A DNA stretch of 64,000 bases, taken from NCBI GenBank assembly GCA_951406725.2, contig OX597831.1, forward strand, positions 48,546,001 to 48,610,000, given 5' to 3'. A program made the translations under genes and the position numbers. Position 1 is the first letter of the stretch; each line of letters begins with the position of its first letter. The notes under the pieces are model-generated. The model saw only the letters and a list, made by a program, of their open reading frames with translations, was not told the origin of the DNA and ran no database searches. Of this stretch, positions 49,309 to 63,890 are shown one piece after another. This DNA comes from Octopus vulgaris (lineage: Eukaryota).

Positions 49309-49499
49309 CTATATATGTGTGTAAGTATGCATGCACCTCTGTGTGTGTGAGTGTATGTGTGCATGTGAGGGGTTTCTGCATAGTTTTTTTGCTCACCAAA
49401 TTCTCAGGCTACACAGTAGAGTCAAACATGGAACCACAGAGCAGCTAAGTTAACTTCTTAATCATCCCCATATAGACCTCACTATACATACTATTGCGC

Positions 49500-49546
<47 letters not shown>

Positions 49547-50467
49547 TGTAATGGTTCTGGCACCAAGGAAGCTTTAGGAGGCTGGTGCCTAAGCACTAAA
49601 TTTTGTATGTACTGCTTCATGTACCAGAAACAGCTGTAAGCTAATGTAGGTGGTTATATAACTCCAGATCTTTTGTCGTTCATTAATTTATGTGTGGATA
49701 TGTGTGCATGCTTGTGTGTGTGTGTCCAATGTTAGCTTACATTTCATGGGATACTGGTGCCCATTCTCACCAAACTAAGGCTGGAATTAGATGTGTCGCT
49801 TTTGTCCAAATACACAACGAAATGCCTGCAGTGAATTTGATCTCAAGAACTCTGAGCTGAGTACTACAATAGAACTTCCAGCTTGGATATTTAGTTTCTG
49901 CCCTGAGGCCAAAATTCTAAACAGAAAATATAAAAGGAAGGGAAAGAGAAGAGAATTTTTCTATTTACAAAAAAGTATGAAGTATTTTTTCATATGTAAA
50001 AAAAAAACAACAACAATAAGAATATGGTAAATAACAGTTGGATGTTATGTATTCAAATTCTGTTGTTGTAGTTGTTGTTGTTGTTGTTTTTAATTCGCCC
50101 CAGGGAAATTCTCCTTAAGATGCTTATTCAAATGATTGTTCAATTTGCTTTCCAGCTATTGCAATTGTGCTTTATAATGAAGCATGGTGTCCTAAAATAT
50201 AGTATTTCAGACAGAGGTTCCCAGTTTTTAAAGAAAGAAAGAATTTTCTTTTATATTATTTTATAATTATTTACCTATTTATTTATTTATTTATTTATTT
50301 ATTTGGTGAAGGAAACTTTGAGAACATGATCAAGTAGGTCACTTGCCTCAATAGAAATTGCTCCATCATCTTCTCCTCAGTCTTCAGTGCCCTACTCAGG
50401 TGGAGCATACAGGCTAAGGGACAAAATGCCTATGACCCTGAAATACATTCTGAGGAAAGAGATGGGT

Positions 50468-50856
50468 TTCCACTTCTGAAGCACCTGTGCCACTCAAAGC
50501 ATTGCATAAGACCCATTGCCTTGTCATTGTAAGCTTGCCGAAGCATACTCAATGTTTCTGCAACAGACTTTCCAAGTTTAACATAATATTTCATATTGGT
50601 TCTTTGTTCCTGTCCATGACAAAATCACAGACTACAGCATTTATGTCATCACAGAAACACAAATTTCACATGCAAAGTAAACACAGCATAGGAGTGGCTG
50701 TGTGTGGTAAGTAGCTTGCTTATGAACCAAATCACATAGTTCTGGGTTCAGTCCCACTGCATGGCACCTAATGCAAGTGTCTTCTACTATAGCCTCGGGA
50801 TGACCAAAGCCTTGTGAGTGGATTTGGTAGATGGAAACTGAAAGAAGCCCGTCGTA

Positions 50857-50915
<59 letters not shown>

Positions 50916-51279
50916 ATATGTATTTGTGTATATGTTTGTGTGTCTGTGTTTGTCTCCCAACATCGCTTTACAACCAATGCTGGTGTGTTTACATCCCCGT
51001 AACTTAAAGGTTCGGCAAAAGAGATCAATAGAATAAGTACTAGGCTTACAAAGAATAAGTCCTGGGGTGAATTTGCTCAACTAAAAAGGCGGTGCTCCAG
51101 CATGGCCACAGTCAAATGACTGAAACAAGTAAAGAGTAAATAGTAAAAAGAGTACAGCAATGTCACTCAGCACACTGCTTCATGAAAATCACTGCTAGTT
51201 CTCACTGTTCACACAACTGTGTGCTGCCACCTGTTGGTGCACTACAGAACTAGTCCAGGAACCTTTTGATACCACCTCG
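50468..51279 (-). mobile_element. Mariner 5' fragment interrupted by a SINE
   Basis: TA|CGAGGTGGTATCAAAAGGTTCCTGGACT left end; EQRTNMKYYVKLGKSVAETLSMLRQAYNDKAMGLMQCFEWHRCFRSG. Confidence 0.85.
50686..51154 (+). mobile_element. SINE family A, full length
   Basis: Colinear with 2031-2464; short ACAGCA flanking repeat. Confidence 0.9.
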
Positions 51280-51590
51280 TATATCATCTGCCCAAGAACT
51301 TAGGATGTAGGGATCTGGAAGAAATAGCACAAGGTATCTAATCCAATGATCTAACAATTTTACTACTTCAGCACCATGGATTAATATTTATCTTATGGGA
51401 GCCCCAAATGTATGGCAAATTTGACCTTGGTGGCTCTCACTGGGTGGCTCTCATGTGTCACCAGCATGAATGCCCATTTCGTGTCACTGACATGAATGCC
51501 TTGTATATGTCACCAACACAGGTGCCTTTTATATTCCACGACTATGATTTCGTGATTTTGACTAAGAATATACAAATACACATTTACATA

Positions 51591-52113
51591 CCGTAAATCC
51601 TCGAGTATAATGCGCATTTTTTCCCTAAAATTTAATGGTCAAAATCTCTAGTGCATACTATATACAAGGTCAAAAATTAAAAATATTTTCTAAGCAATGT
51701 TTGAGTCTCTGTTTGCTGTCCGGCAATGTTTATTCAGACACATTTTTGTGATGTCAGGCACGAAAATACCTTAAACTAAGCCTGAAAGCAATGAAGTCAT
51801 AAAAGAATCATCCATAACTTGCATTAAGCAACATTTATTAAAATAAAAGTATTCAGAAAACAGAATAACATGTAACAAAAACAACATGCAAACATATTTA
51901 CATTCCCATATAACAGTTAAGAACATCACCATTATTGTATAACGCATGCATGGAAGTGTTTGTTCGACTAGGTGCTGCTGGCTTAATTATGTACGACTCA
52001 AGTTAGAGAAGGGGTACATATTATACACAAGGTTTAGGTTTTTCAGAGGTACAACTCCTTAAAAATCCCCTGCATATTATACTCAAGAGCGGACTATACT
52101 CAAGGATTTATGG
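51591..52113. mobile_element. pogo/Tigger/Tc2-like MITE
   Basis: TA|CCGTAAATCCTCGAGTATA ... TATACTCAAGGATTTATGG|TA; the empty site is visible in the paralogue at about 56815. Confidence 0.85.
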
Positions 52114-52778
52114 TACATAGGTGCTGGCATGGATTGGATGGTCTGACAGGGAAGCAGTGAGCTGCAGGGCCCGAATCAAGCTCCATTGTCTTTTTTGGCA
52201 TGATTTATATGGCTAGATGCCTTTCCTAATACCAACAATGGATTATTATTTATCTTATTGGACCCCGCTCAAATGTATGGTAAATTTGACGTTGGTTGTA
52301 TTTGAACTCAGTGAACAGGAACAAATACTGCATGGCATTTTGCTTGACATTGTTTAGTGGAAATGAAGAGATATTCCAAATAGAACAGAAACACTATTTC
52401 ATCCAATTTCTTTTTAAAGATGACTCTTAGATGGCTGAGTAGGAAAACCAACTTAAAGGGTTGGCAGTCTAAGTCCTCTCAACAGTATTGTGTTGTTACA
52501 GTATCTGACAACCTGTTGATTCTCAAAGGATAAGTCCATGTAGCTCGTAAAGGGTACCCTGGGTGGTATAATCCACTACAGTAAACAGTGGTAGCACTGT
52601 GAAACTGACAAGGGTGTCGCTGTTTCTGAGACAATAACCTCATCTTGTCGAAAGATGGTGATTTATTATCTCTTCATGTTCTGAAATGAAGACCACCCAA
52701 ACATACACGCATGCCTTCATGCACACACAGAAACACATGCACACACAGAAACACATACATGTGAACAAATAAACATAA

Positions 52779-52809
<31 letters not shown>

Positions 52810-53199
52810 CACATGTATTTTAATATTTCTCTTAAGCATAGCAAGACTAATAACCTGGTGTAGAACTCAAGATACATATGGTTCAGAACACTATGTGATA
52901 AGAATATAGAGTGGTAACAGAAAAGAAAGAGATGACACTGAAACAAACCAAATGTCTGCTACAGCAGAAACAGCTGTAAGCTAATGAAGTTCATCACATA
53001 ACACTTGGTTTCTTCTGATACCATCTCTTTGATTTCTATTACCATTCTATTCTTAGACACCCGTGTATACAGACATATGTATCAGCTTGCTCACGGTAGG
53101 CAAAGAAACAACAACCAATCATTTGATTTGCTAGAAATGCTAGCTAAATCTCTTTCAGATCACACTTAGAAATGACATATTCAATATTGCAGCCTTCAG

Positions 53200-53417
53200 C
53201 TGGGCCGTTTTAACAGTATTTAGGGCCTCAGATAAATCAGTGCACTGATCCTCAGAGTAATTATTTATTGATAGCAAGAGCAGTATACTTTAGTCAGAAT
53301 TTGGTCCCTGGACTTGTGAGGTCCCTGGACTTGTGAGGTCCCTGGGCTTGTGGGGCCTCTGGATCCATGAGGCATCTGGGAAACTGCCAAGTCTAGCCAT
53401 GCCTTAAGGAGGCACTG
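53200..53417. mobile_element. hAT-like MITE with an internal 17-bp tandem repeat
   Basis: CTGGGCCGTTTTAA / TTAAGGAGGCACTG; flanks GCCTTCAG/ATCTTCAG; GTCCCTGGACTTGTGAG x3. Confidence 0.55.
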
Positions 53418-54020
53418 ATCTTCAGTTCTCTACACATAGAAAAACACTGGAAGGCCACAGCAAGAATGCTTTTGATCGTTAGTATGTCTACTTGATCAGG
53501 ACTAACCCAGGGTTAAACAAAAACAACAACAGTAGCTCGGTATCAATTTTGTATCAGATTAATCACTGCTGATTACGAGTTTCTGAGATGTTAGCATTCC
53601 GAAAGTATTTCTGCTCTTATGCAACACTATGCAAACACATACAAACATATACATATTTAAACATACACACACATACACACATATACACACACACGCACAC
53701 ACAGAGATATTTATGTATACCTAAATATATAGCTTCATTTAAACTTAAATATTGACTCATCTATTTTCTCTGTCTCCATCTCTCTTTCTCTCTCTCTCTC
53801 TCTCACATTCCCTCTCCCTTTCTATCTATCTCTCTCTCGTTCTCTCTCTCTCTCTCATTCTCTCTCTTTCTCTCTGTTTCTCTCTTCTTTTCTCTTTCTG
53901 TCATTTTCTCTTGCTTCAATTTCAAGTATTTATTCATGTACACATATGTATCATAAACACGTACAGCCATGTGACTGCTTGTGCATGTACATAAATATAT
54001 GCATATGTGTATGTGTGTGT

Positions 54021-54058
<38 letters not shown>

Positions 54059-54243
54059 TAGATAGATAGATAGATAGATAGATATACACACATGCACATG
54101 CACACACATTCTCACTCTCACACATAAATACACATGCATACCCAAACTATGCACACACACACACACAACAACAACACACACACACACAACAACAACAAAC
54201 ACACACACATATGTATATATGTGTATGTATGTATGTATGTATG

Positions 54244-54299
<56 letters not shown>

Positions 54300-54384
54300 T
54301 AATGTTATATATATATATATATAGCACGATTTATTCGCGATCAGTTGTTCGAAAACTTAGGTACTACTGTATATGTATATATTC

Positions 54385-54598
54385 TTTTCTATTTTAGGCA
54401 CAAGGCCCGAAATTTTTGGGGAAGGGGCTAGTCAATTAGATCGACCCCAGTACGTAACTGGTACTTAATTTATCGACCCTGAAAGGATGAAAGGCAAAGT
54501 CGGTCTCAGCGGAATTTGAACTCAGAACGTAACGGCAGATGAAATACCGCTAAGCATTTCGTCCAGCATTCTAACGTTTCTCCCAGCCTGCTGCCTTA
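54385..54598 (-). mobile_element. SINE family B, young
   Basis: CpG-retaining reverse complement of 5761-5975; similar copy at 45170-45381. Confidence 0.9.
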
Positions 54599-54646
54599 TG
54601 TATATGTATATATTATCAACCTCATATACTCAATGCACATGCTTTG

Positions 54647-55285
54647 TGTATTTGCCAGTAGGCTGTGATTTCACACAGAGAAGAATACTCTCTCAAGGTG
54701 GCAGGTGTTAAAACGCACAAAAATAATGGACAGGGGAGATAACTCACCTTTAATCCCATCTAGGCGTGATAGACATTGATGCTTTCCCACTCTTGTTACT
54801 TGTCAATATCATGTATCAGAACAGATTTGGAGATTAATTATTTCGCTAGTCCACAACACATATGCAAATAGCATGCAAACTATGTGCATGTATGCCTGGA
54901 CAATGTATATGCAAGAATAAATTCAGATATGAAATACAAGCACCACAAGCGTAATAAACATTACCACCCACATATACTTAGCATATATCACCCATGTATT
55001 TGCTGGTAGCCTGTGATTTGGTGCAGTTGAGAATACTCTCTGAGAGTGCCGGGTGCTAAAACATTTGAAAATCATTGACAGGTGAGGTAACTCACTTCTA
55101 ATCTCATCTAGGAATGATGGACAGCAATGTTTTGCTATTTTATTGTTGCTTGTCAACATCACATACCTGGACAGGATCAGAGAGGAATCACTTCGCGAGT
55201 CTTATATGCACACAGTGCACAGACCATGTGCATACATGCCTGGACAATGCATACATAAGAATAAATTCAAATAGGAAACAGACAC
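54647..55285. repeat. Diverged tandem duplication (~350-bp period)
   Basis: CTGTGATTT, AGAATACTCTCT, TAACTCAC, CATCTAGG, TGCCTGGACAATG and AAGAATAAATTCA occur twice in the same order. Confidence 0.8.
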
Positions 55286-55818
55286 AATATATTTTTCTAT
55301 CAGACACACACACATGCATATGTAATCTTGGGCAAGTATTTTTCTCTGTGGCTAACAGCTGCCTGTAAATGCAAGTTTCCTTTTTCCATATAACCAGCGT
55401 TGTCCAAAGAAAGTGCTTCTCAAAAGTTGATCAATAGTTCGGCACCATTGTTGTTGCAAAGAGTTACCACAAAGAGTGCAAAGGCTCAGAAGAAATACTA
55501 CAAACCATTATGTCCAGGACTTTAACAATGCAATGAATTCCTCACGTATACATTGTACAAATACATGCAATGCGCTCACACACAGATGCACAATCAGGCA
55601 CACGCACACACTCACAAACAGACACTTGTGCGCATATATATAGTGCAAAACCATTTATTGTGACCTGATCATTATGGGATGAACCCTTTACATATCAATA
55701 TCCAGCTGATAATAGATAATCAGAGGATATAACAATATAATATCCTACAATCACATCTGGGACTCATTAATTTTGATAATACTATCCATTATTATAATAA
55801 GCAATTTCCACTTCATGC

Positions 55819-55891
<73 letters not shown>

Positions 55892-55901
55892 AATTTATAT
55901 G

Positions 55902-55953
<52 letters not shown>

Positions 55954-55979
55954 CATATGTATATATATATGTATGTATG

Positions 55980-56042
<63 letters not shown>

Positions 56043-56049
56043 GTATATG

Positions 56050-56080
<31 letters not shown>

Positions 56081-56308
56081 ATGTATATATATATGTGTGC
56101 GTGTGTGTATATGTATTATATGTGTGTGTGCGTCTCTGTGTGCAGGCATGACTGTGTGGTAAGAAGTTTGCTTCTGATGTCACATGGTTTTGGGGTCGGA
56201 CTTACTGCATTGTACCTTGGACAAGTGTCTTCTACTGTAGCTCTAGGCCAACCAAAGCTTTGGAAATGGATTTAGTGGACAAAAACTCAAAGAAGCCCAT
56301 TGTGTATG

Positions 56309-56357
<49 letters not shown>

Positions 56358-57250
56358 TTACAAACAGTCATGAAACTAAATGTTGTTTTGAAAAACAAAT
56401 ATGGAAAGTCAGTCTACCAACAGAGAAAATGCTTCATGATCATGATTCATCATCATCATCGTCATCCTCCTCCTCCTCCACCTCCTCCTCCTCCTCCTCC
56501 TCATCATCATCATCATCATTGAACGTCCGTTTTCCATGCTAGCATGGGTTAGGTCGTTTGACCGGAACTGATAAGCCGGAGAGCCCCATCAGGCTCCTGT
56601 CTGTTCTAGCTTGGTTTCTACACTTGGATGCCCTTCCTAATGCCAACCACTTCACAAAGAGTACTGGGTGGCTCTCACGTATCACCAGCATGAGTGCCGA
56701 ATTTATGACACTGGCACAAGTGCCTTGTATGTGTCTCCAGCACAGGTGCCTTGTACATGCCACGACCACAATTTCACGCTTTTGACTCAGAATATACAAA
56801 TACACGTGTTTATATACATAGGTGCTGGCATGGGTAAGATGGTTTGACAGGGAAGCAGCAGTGAGCTGCAGGGCCTGAATCAAGCTCCATTATCTTCTTT
56901 GGTATGTTTTCTATGGCCGGATGCCCTTCCTAATGCCAACCAATTTTTTGGGCACCAGCTCTAGTGAGGTTGCCATATAACTTGCAAGACAGAAGAGAAC
57001 AGAGCAAAATAAAAAGAAAAAAGGCATCCACTGTTAAGAGGAAGTATTTGGGAAGGGAAGGTGGAGGTGTGATAGCTGAATGTTACATGTTGAAAGGCTA
57101 AACCAGTAGTTTTCAACTGAGGTACATATAAAATTTTGTTGTTTAAATTTATGTGGCCATTAATTGGTTATACTTCTATGATACACAGAATTTTTAAATA
57201 ATTAGTTCTATATAATTTCTTAATAGTATTTAATTATAAAAACTATAACT

Positions 57251-57662
57251 CTCTCTTTTACTCTTTTACTTGTTTCAGTCATTTGACTGTGGCCATGCTA
57301 GAGCACTGCCTTTAGTCGAGCAAATCGAACCCAGGACTTATTCTTCGTAAGCCTAGTACTTATTCTATCAGTCTCTTTTGCCGAACTGCTAAGTTACGAG
57401 GACGTAATCACACCAGCATCAGTTGTCAAGCGATGTTGTGGGGACAAACACAGACACACAAACATATACACACATATATATACATATACATATATACGAC
57501 AGGTTTCTTTCAGTTTCTGTCTACCAAGTCCACTTGCAAGGCTTTGGTCGGCCCAAGGCTATAGTAGAAGACACTTGCCCAAGGTGCCACGCAGTGGGAC
57601 TGAACCTAGAACCATGTGGCTGGTAAGCAAGCTACTTACCTCACAGCCACTCCTGCACCTAT
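57251..57662 (-). mobile_element. SINE family A, full length, nested in a hAT MITE
   Basis: Reverse complement of 2031-2464; CTATAA flanks. Confidence 0.9.
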
Positions 57663-58540
57663 AATGTAATTTTTTTTTTATCATCGAATGGCCTAGAGGG
57701 TCTACTCAAGTAAAATAGGTATCAAAGGGGCCTGTATGTAAAAAATTGGTTAAGAAACACTGGCAGAGGGTCAAGCACAGATGTCTTGCTATAGAAGAGA
57801 TATATTGCTGAAGGAGATAAGAGAAAGGTAGGAATGGTGTGCTAGAGCAAACTCTCAAGGAACAAGAAAGTGAACATAAGAGAGGACATGAACTGTGGAT
57901 CATGAGAGGGGATGAGGGAGTGGATGTAAACTGGTGGAGGTAAGACATCATCTCAAACCCCGTTTACTAATTGCATTTTAACCTAATGAGAAAGACTCTA
58001 TTCAATCACATAATCTGCAAGAAATAGCAATAACAGCTGATTTTCTGCGCCATATCACACTCCTCTTTCTACTGTTTTGGGAATCAGAAAAACACATTGC
58101 ATAATGTACTCTTATTCTTCTGTGAAAAAGCAGGTTTGTCATGATCGGAATGCCTTTGATCATTTGTCCATTTGATCAAGGTTGGCCTGAACCTAAACAA
58201 CAACAACAACAACAACAACAGAATTAATTTATGTTTATTTTGTTCTTTAAATCATTGTAAAAACAAAATAGATATGATTATCGATAAATTATTTAGCAGT
58301 ATAAATATCTCAACTCCAATACCCTACCGTACAATGAAGCATGCAATATAAAGCGTGTATCATTACTCAACATCTCTAGGTCTTGTTTAAACAATGATTG
58401 TTAATAGATTTCAATAAGATCATCATTATCATCATTATCATTATCATCATCATCATCATTATTGCTGTTATTGAGTTAGAGAGCAGCACATGCCATCAAA
58501 GTTTACACTGTGGTACAAATATATAAAGACCAATGCACCC

Positions 58541-58599
58541 ATTATTATTATCACCATCACCATCATCATCATCCCCGTTATTATTATTATTATTATTAT

Positions 58600-58661
<62 letters not shown>

Positions 58662-58785
58662 TCATCATCATCATTATCATCATTTTCATTATTATTATTA
58701 GTAGTAGTAGTAGTAGTTGTAGTATCATCATTATTATTATCATCATCATAATTATTATTACTATTATTATTATTATTATTATTAT

Positions 58786-58829
<44 letters not shown>

Positions 58830-58953
58830 TCATCATCATCATCTTCATTATTATTATTAGTTTTAGTATTATTATCATTATTATTTATTATCATCCCCAT
58901 CATCATCATCATCATTATCATCATCATCATCATCATTATCATCATCATCATCA

Positions 58954-58993
<40 letters not shown>
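58541..58993. repeat. Compound (ATT)/(AGT)/(ATC) microsatellite
   Basis: Direct inspection. Confidence 0.95.
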
Positions 58994-58994
<1 letters not shown>

Positions 58995-59354
58995 ATTTTC
59001 ATCCTCCAAAGTAAACATTGCCAGTAAATTGCACATTAAAGTTACCCTGTCCCAGCAGACCGTATGTTATAGTGTAAATGACCTGAAATACAATACACCG
59101 TTGTGTAAATGGTATAACACTTTGCATGCCTTATGGTGTCAATACACACATCTACACATACAGAAATGCACACACTCAGACACACATACATATGCGTAGG
59201 TACAGGTATGGCAGTGTGGTGAAGAAATTTCCTTCACAACGACGTGGCTACAGGTTCAGTCCTACTGTGCAACACTTCGAGCAAATATTTTACTTCTCCA
59301 GATCATACAATGCCTTATGACTGGATTTGGTGGGTGGAAAATGCGTGTATGTGT

Positions 59355-59389
<35 letters not shown>

Positions 59390-59396
59390 AGAGTGT

Positions 59397-59476
<80 letters not shown>

Positions 59477-61216
59477 CAGGGTAAAGACCCCTTTTGGTAA
59501 TGAATGACCATGGACTTGCACCAAGAAACTTACCCTCCAAAAAGCAAATCCAGGCAAGATTGGCTTTGGAAGACCAGCCATCACCCATGCATACCAGCCT
59601 CCTCCTCTCCACGCCACCGATGTTATCCAAAGGAAAGGCAAAGACCAATACAGCTTGGCACCAGTGATGTCACAACTCATTTCTACAGCTGAGTGAACTG
59701 GAACAACATGAAATATATTTATAGATACATATATATATATAGATGTACTTATGCATATATTATATGTGTGTGTGTGAGTATGCATGTATCTGTATATGTA
59801 TATATCTCTGCATATAGATACATGTGTGTAACGGCCATAATCCTATGAATATAAACTGACTGAATAAATAAATACCTCCTGACTTTATTTATATGTATGT
59901 ATATATATATATATATATGTGTGTGTGTTTGTGTGTGTGCGTGTGTTTGTGTGTGTGCACATGTATGTATGTATATATATATACATATATATTAGTGTAT
60001 ATACATGCACACACACCCACACACATATACATGTGTGTGTGTGTGTGTGTAATTTCAAAGCTGACATTCCACTCCTTCACTAGTAGAACAGGTCTTGCTA
60101 TGGAGGTTTAATACGGCTGAAACATGTCCATTGCTTTAACCAGTGACCTTTAAAGATAAGACCTACTCCCATCTGCTTCCTATTTGCTTTCCTAAAACGT
60201 CAAAAACCTGAATTTATCTATGTTCCCTACTTGTTGTTTTCTTTCTAGATTTAAACAACTCTGAACTGAGCTATTGTCTTCTAATCACAGTGATAATCTC
60301 ATAATTGAAGTATTTCAACAGACTACAATACATATATAGAACCATACTGCATTTGTATTTATGTTTGTGAGATACCATGTAGTTCCGCTACAGTGGTGGG
60401 TCTTAACTGGGATTCACATGATCCCTTAAGGGTTTATATAAGATTTAGTTGTTAATCAGGTATGCTTCTATGTTACACAAAATATTTTAATGATTATTTT
60501 CTACAATTCCAAATGATATTGAATTATAAACATATAATTGAATTTTTTTTTTAACTTCAAATCACTGTTGGAGGTCCAGTAGCGTAAAATGGGAATCAAA
60601 GTAGTCCATAAACAAAAAGGCTTGAGAAACACTGCTCTTCAGTAAGAAGCCTATTCTGTTTTAGCCCCTTCTTTAATACTTAGGGAAAGAGTCAGAACAC
60701 ATGTAGCTTCACAGCTCCTTATTATATAAAGTAGCTTCCTCCATTTCCGTAGCCACATTCACTCAAATGGTTTTTGTCTTGCAAGCTGCATAGCAACCTC
60801 ACTTATGCTGGTGCCACAGCAGTTGGCATTAAGAAGGGCTTCCAGCTGTTGAAACAATGCCAAAACTGACACTGCAACATCATGCAGTCCTTCAGTCTGT
60901 TAGATCCTATTGAAGGATCCATCCAAAACCAGCATGAAAAAAGGAGAATGAAAGGTGCTGGTGTTGATGATGATGATTATGACGACCATGATGGTATATA
61001 GAATTCTTCAGTGAGAGATTTTCTCTCAGTTCTATTGCTGACATTATAAACAACATCAGTTCATTCCTTGTTCATTTGTGTGTGTGTGTATGTCTATACC
61101 TACATACATGCATACATGCATGCACACACACAGACATATATATATTTATATTTATATACATGTTTATATGTATATATATATATTTATACATATATGTATA
61201 AAGATGTGTATGTGTA

Positions 61217-61292
<76 letters not shown>

Positions 61293-61875
61293 CATAAAAC
61301 CTTGCATATATGTGCATGGTGAGAGAATTCCCGCCACACATGCCATACTAACATGTGCTTAATCCACACACATATCATTGAAAAATGTATGCATTTCATT
61401 CACTAAAGAATTCTGGTGGCGGCCTTCTATAACACTTATCGATACTACTACTACTACTACTACTACTATTACTACTACTGCTGCTGCTGTTAAACATATA
61501 TTACATACAATACACCCTCTATTTGTATCTACAGGTATATCTGCCTCAGCTGTGACTATTGGTATCAATAAAATCTATTCTCTCTTTCTCTTTTTCTCTT
61601 TTTCTTTCTCACTTTCTTTCTCTCTCTCCTCTCTATTTCTCTTTTTCTCCTTTCACTTTCTCTTTCAAATTTCCCTTCTCTCTTTCTCACACACACACAC
61701 TCTCTCTCTTCTCTATTTCTTTTTCTTCTGCTTTCACTCTTTCTTTCTGATTTTCCTTCTCTCTTTCTCTCACTCTCTGTCTGCCTGTCTCTCTCTCCCC
61801 CTTCTTTTCCTCTGACATTCATTCTATTTATTCTCCCTTTCTGTAGCTCTGCCTCTCTGTCTGTTTCTCTCTCTC

Positions 61876-61922
<47 letters not shown>

Positions 61923-62949
61923 ATATATATATATCATTCTTTTCTTTGCCTCCATAAATATTAGTAAACAAATATGATATTATCTAATCCTATTCTTCCA
62001 CCTCTTCCTCCTCTTTCCTCTCCCTCCTTCCTCTCCACCCTCCTCTTCCTCATCATCACAATGCTTATAATGGCAACATGGAGTGTTCTAACGTTATATT
62101 AGCAGAGGTAGATCTAATGAGATGGTTTTTATGGAGGCGATGGTTCTGTTGCGACGGTAGCGATACCGATAATGGTCACGTTGACAGTATTGGTGATTAC
62201 GATGATGATGATGCTGGTGTTGGTCATTAAAGGGTTGGTTGTGGCAGTAGCAGTGATATTGGCATGGTGTTGTTGGTGGCGGGGATGTTGGTAGTGTTGT
62301 TAATGGTGGTGGTGATAGTAGCATCGAGGTTGATGGTGGTGGTGGTGGTTATGTGGGTAGTTTTAATGGTAGTGGCGAGGTCGGCGGTGGAGATGATGGC
62401 GATATGGGGTTCTGATGGTATTTGAGGTCAGAGTAAGTGATTCTGGTATTGACAATTGTGATGGAATTGATGGAGATAATGACATTGATGTTGATGATGC
62501 CGGCATCACTACCGCAAAGCAGTGTCACTTAGAATTCATTATTTGTTTCTATCCAAAAATAATAGCTGGTTACAAATTTTGGCACAAGTCCAGCAATTTC
62601 AGGGAAGAAGTAAGTTGATTACATCAACCCCCAATATACAACTGGTACTTATTTTATCGACCCAGAAAGGGTGAACAACAAAGTCGGCCTTGGTGAAATT
62701 TGAACTCAAAACATGAAGATGGATGAAATGCTACTAAGCTTTTTTGTTCAACTCGCTAACGATTCTGCCAGTTCGCCACCTTAAAAACAACAACGACAAC
62801 AATGATGATGATGATAATGATGATGAAGATGATGATTGTGGTGGTGGTGGTGGTGGTGGTAGTGGTGATGATGATGATGATGATGATGGTGGTGATGGTG
62901 ATGGTAGTGATGATGATGATGATGAGGTGGAGGAGGAGGTCAAAAAGAT

Positions 62950-63137
62950 TGCAATAAATATAAAGATAGAACACCTACAAAAATCATCATTCTCTCGAAC
63001 AACACTATGTACAAAACCAAATATATGGTACCCTAAGCCGACATGAACTTCTAATTTGTTGTCTCTTGAGGTCTCTAGGTGAGACTTGGAGCCAACTTGT
63101 ACAAATGCAAAGCAAAAGTCAAGCATAAGATAATAAT
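62950..63137 (+). mobile_element. R4/Dong-like LINE 3' end
   Basis: INIKIEHLQKS motif, 3' UTR, short (TAA)n tail. Confidence 0.5.
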
Positions 63138-63592
63138 AAAAAGAAAAAATTGGTACAACCACAAACCTGAAAGCATTATCGAAAATGATGATGCAAAGAT
63201 CCAGTGGGATTTTATGATTCAGTGCAACCATGAGATAGAGAATAGGAAGCCAGACATAGTGTTAATTGAGAAAGAAACCGAACTATGCTGGATCATAGAT
63301 ATAGCATGCCCAGTTGACAACAAGGTATGCGATAAGGAAGAAAGAAAAGTTGATAGGTATGACAGGTTAGCTTGAAATGTAAAGCAGTTGTGATCGATGG
63401 AAAAGGTGGTCATGGTACCAATAATTGTTGGAGCCCTGGGAACAGTGAGTAAAAATCTCAAGAAGTCCAGTCAAATACTCTGGAAGGTGCTAAAACAATA
63501 AGAGGTGTTACCTTAGTTCACTGGTAGTGAACAGCTGACACCATAGTACATCTCCAGCATTAGAAGCTGTGCAAATGCAATAATAATAATAA
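63138..63592 (+). mobile_element. R4/Dong-clade LINE, restriction-like endonuclease fragment and 3' UTR
   Basis: WYNHKPE..ENDDAKIQWDF..RKPDIVLIEK..IIDIACP..KVDRYDRL*..VPIIVGALG; (AAT)n tail. Confidence 0.9.
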
Positions 63593-63799
63593 TGATTTCA
63601 AATTTTGCCACAGGCAGCCATTCTCTGGGAGGGGATAAGTTGATTGAACTGGTACAGTGTTGAACTGGTACTTAATTTATCAACCCCGAAAAGATGAAAG
63701 GCAAAGTCGACCTCGGTAGACTTTGAACTGAGAATGTAGCATTGGGCAAAGTACCACTAAGCATTTTGCCCGGCTTGCGAACAATTCTACCAGCTCACC

Positions 63800-63890
63800 A
63801 TATACTAATACACCATACTAATATACTAATACACCATACTAATATACTAATACACCATAATACTAATACACCATAATACTAATAATAATA
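63800..63890. repeat. ATACTAATACACC minisatellite
   Basis: Several 15-22 bp units. Confidence 0.85.

Noticed and set aside
63800-63890. Telomere-like repeat
   Set aside because: The unit is not TTAGGG-related; a local minisatellite
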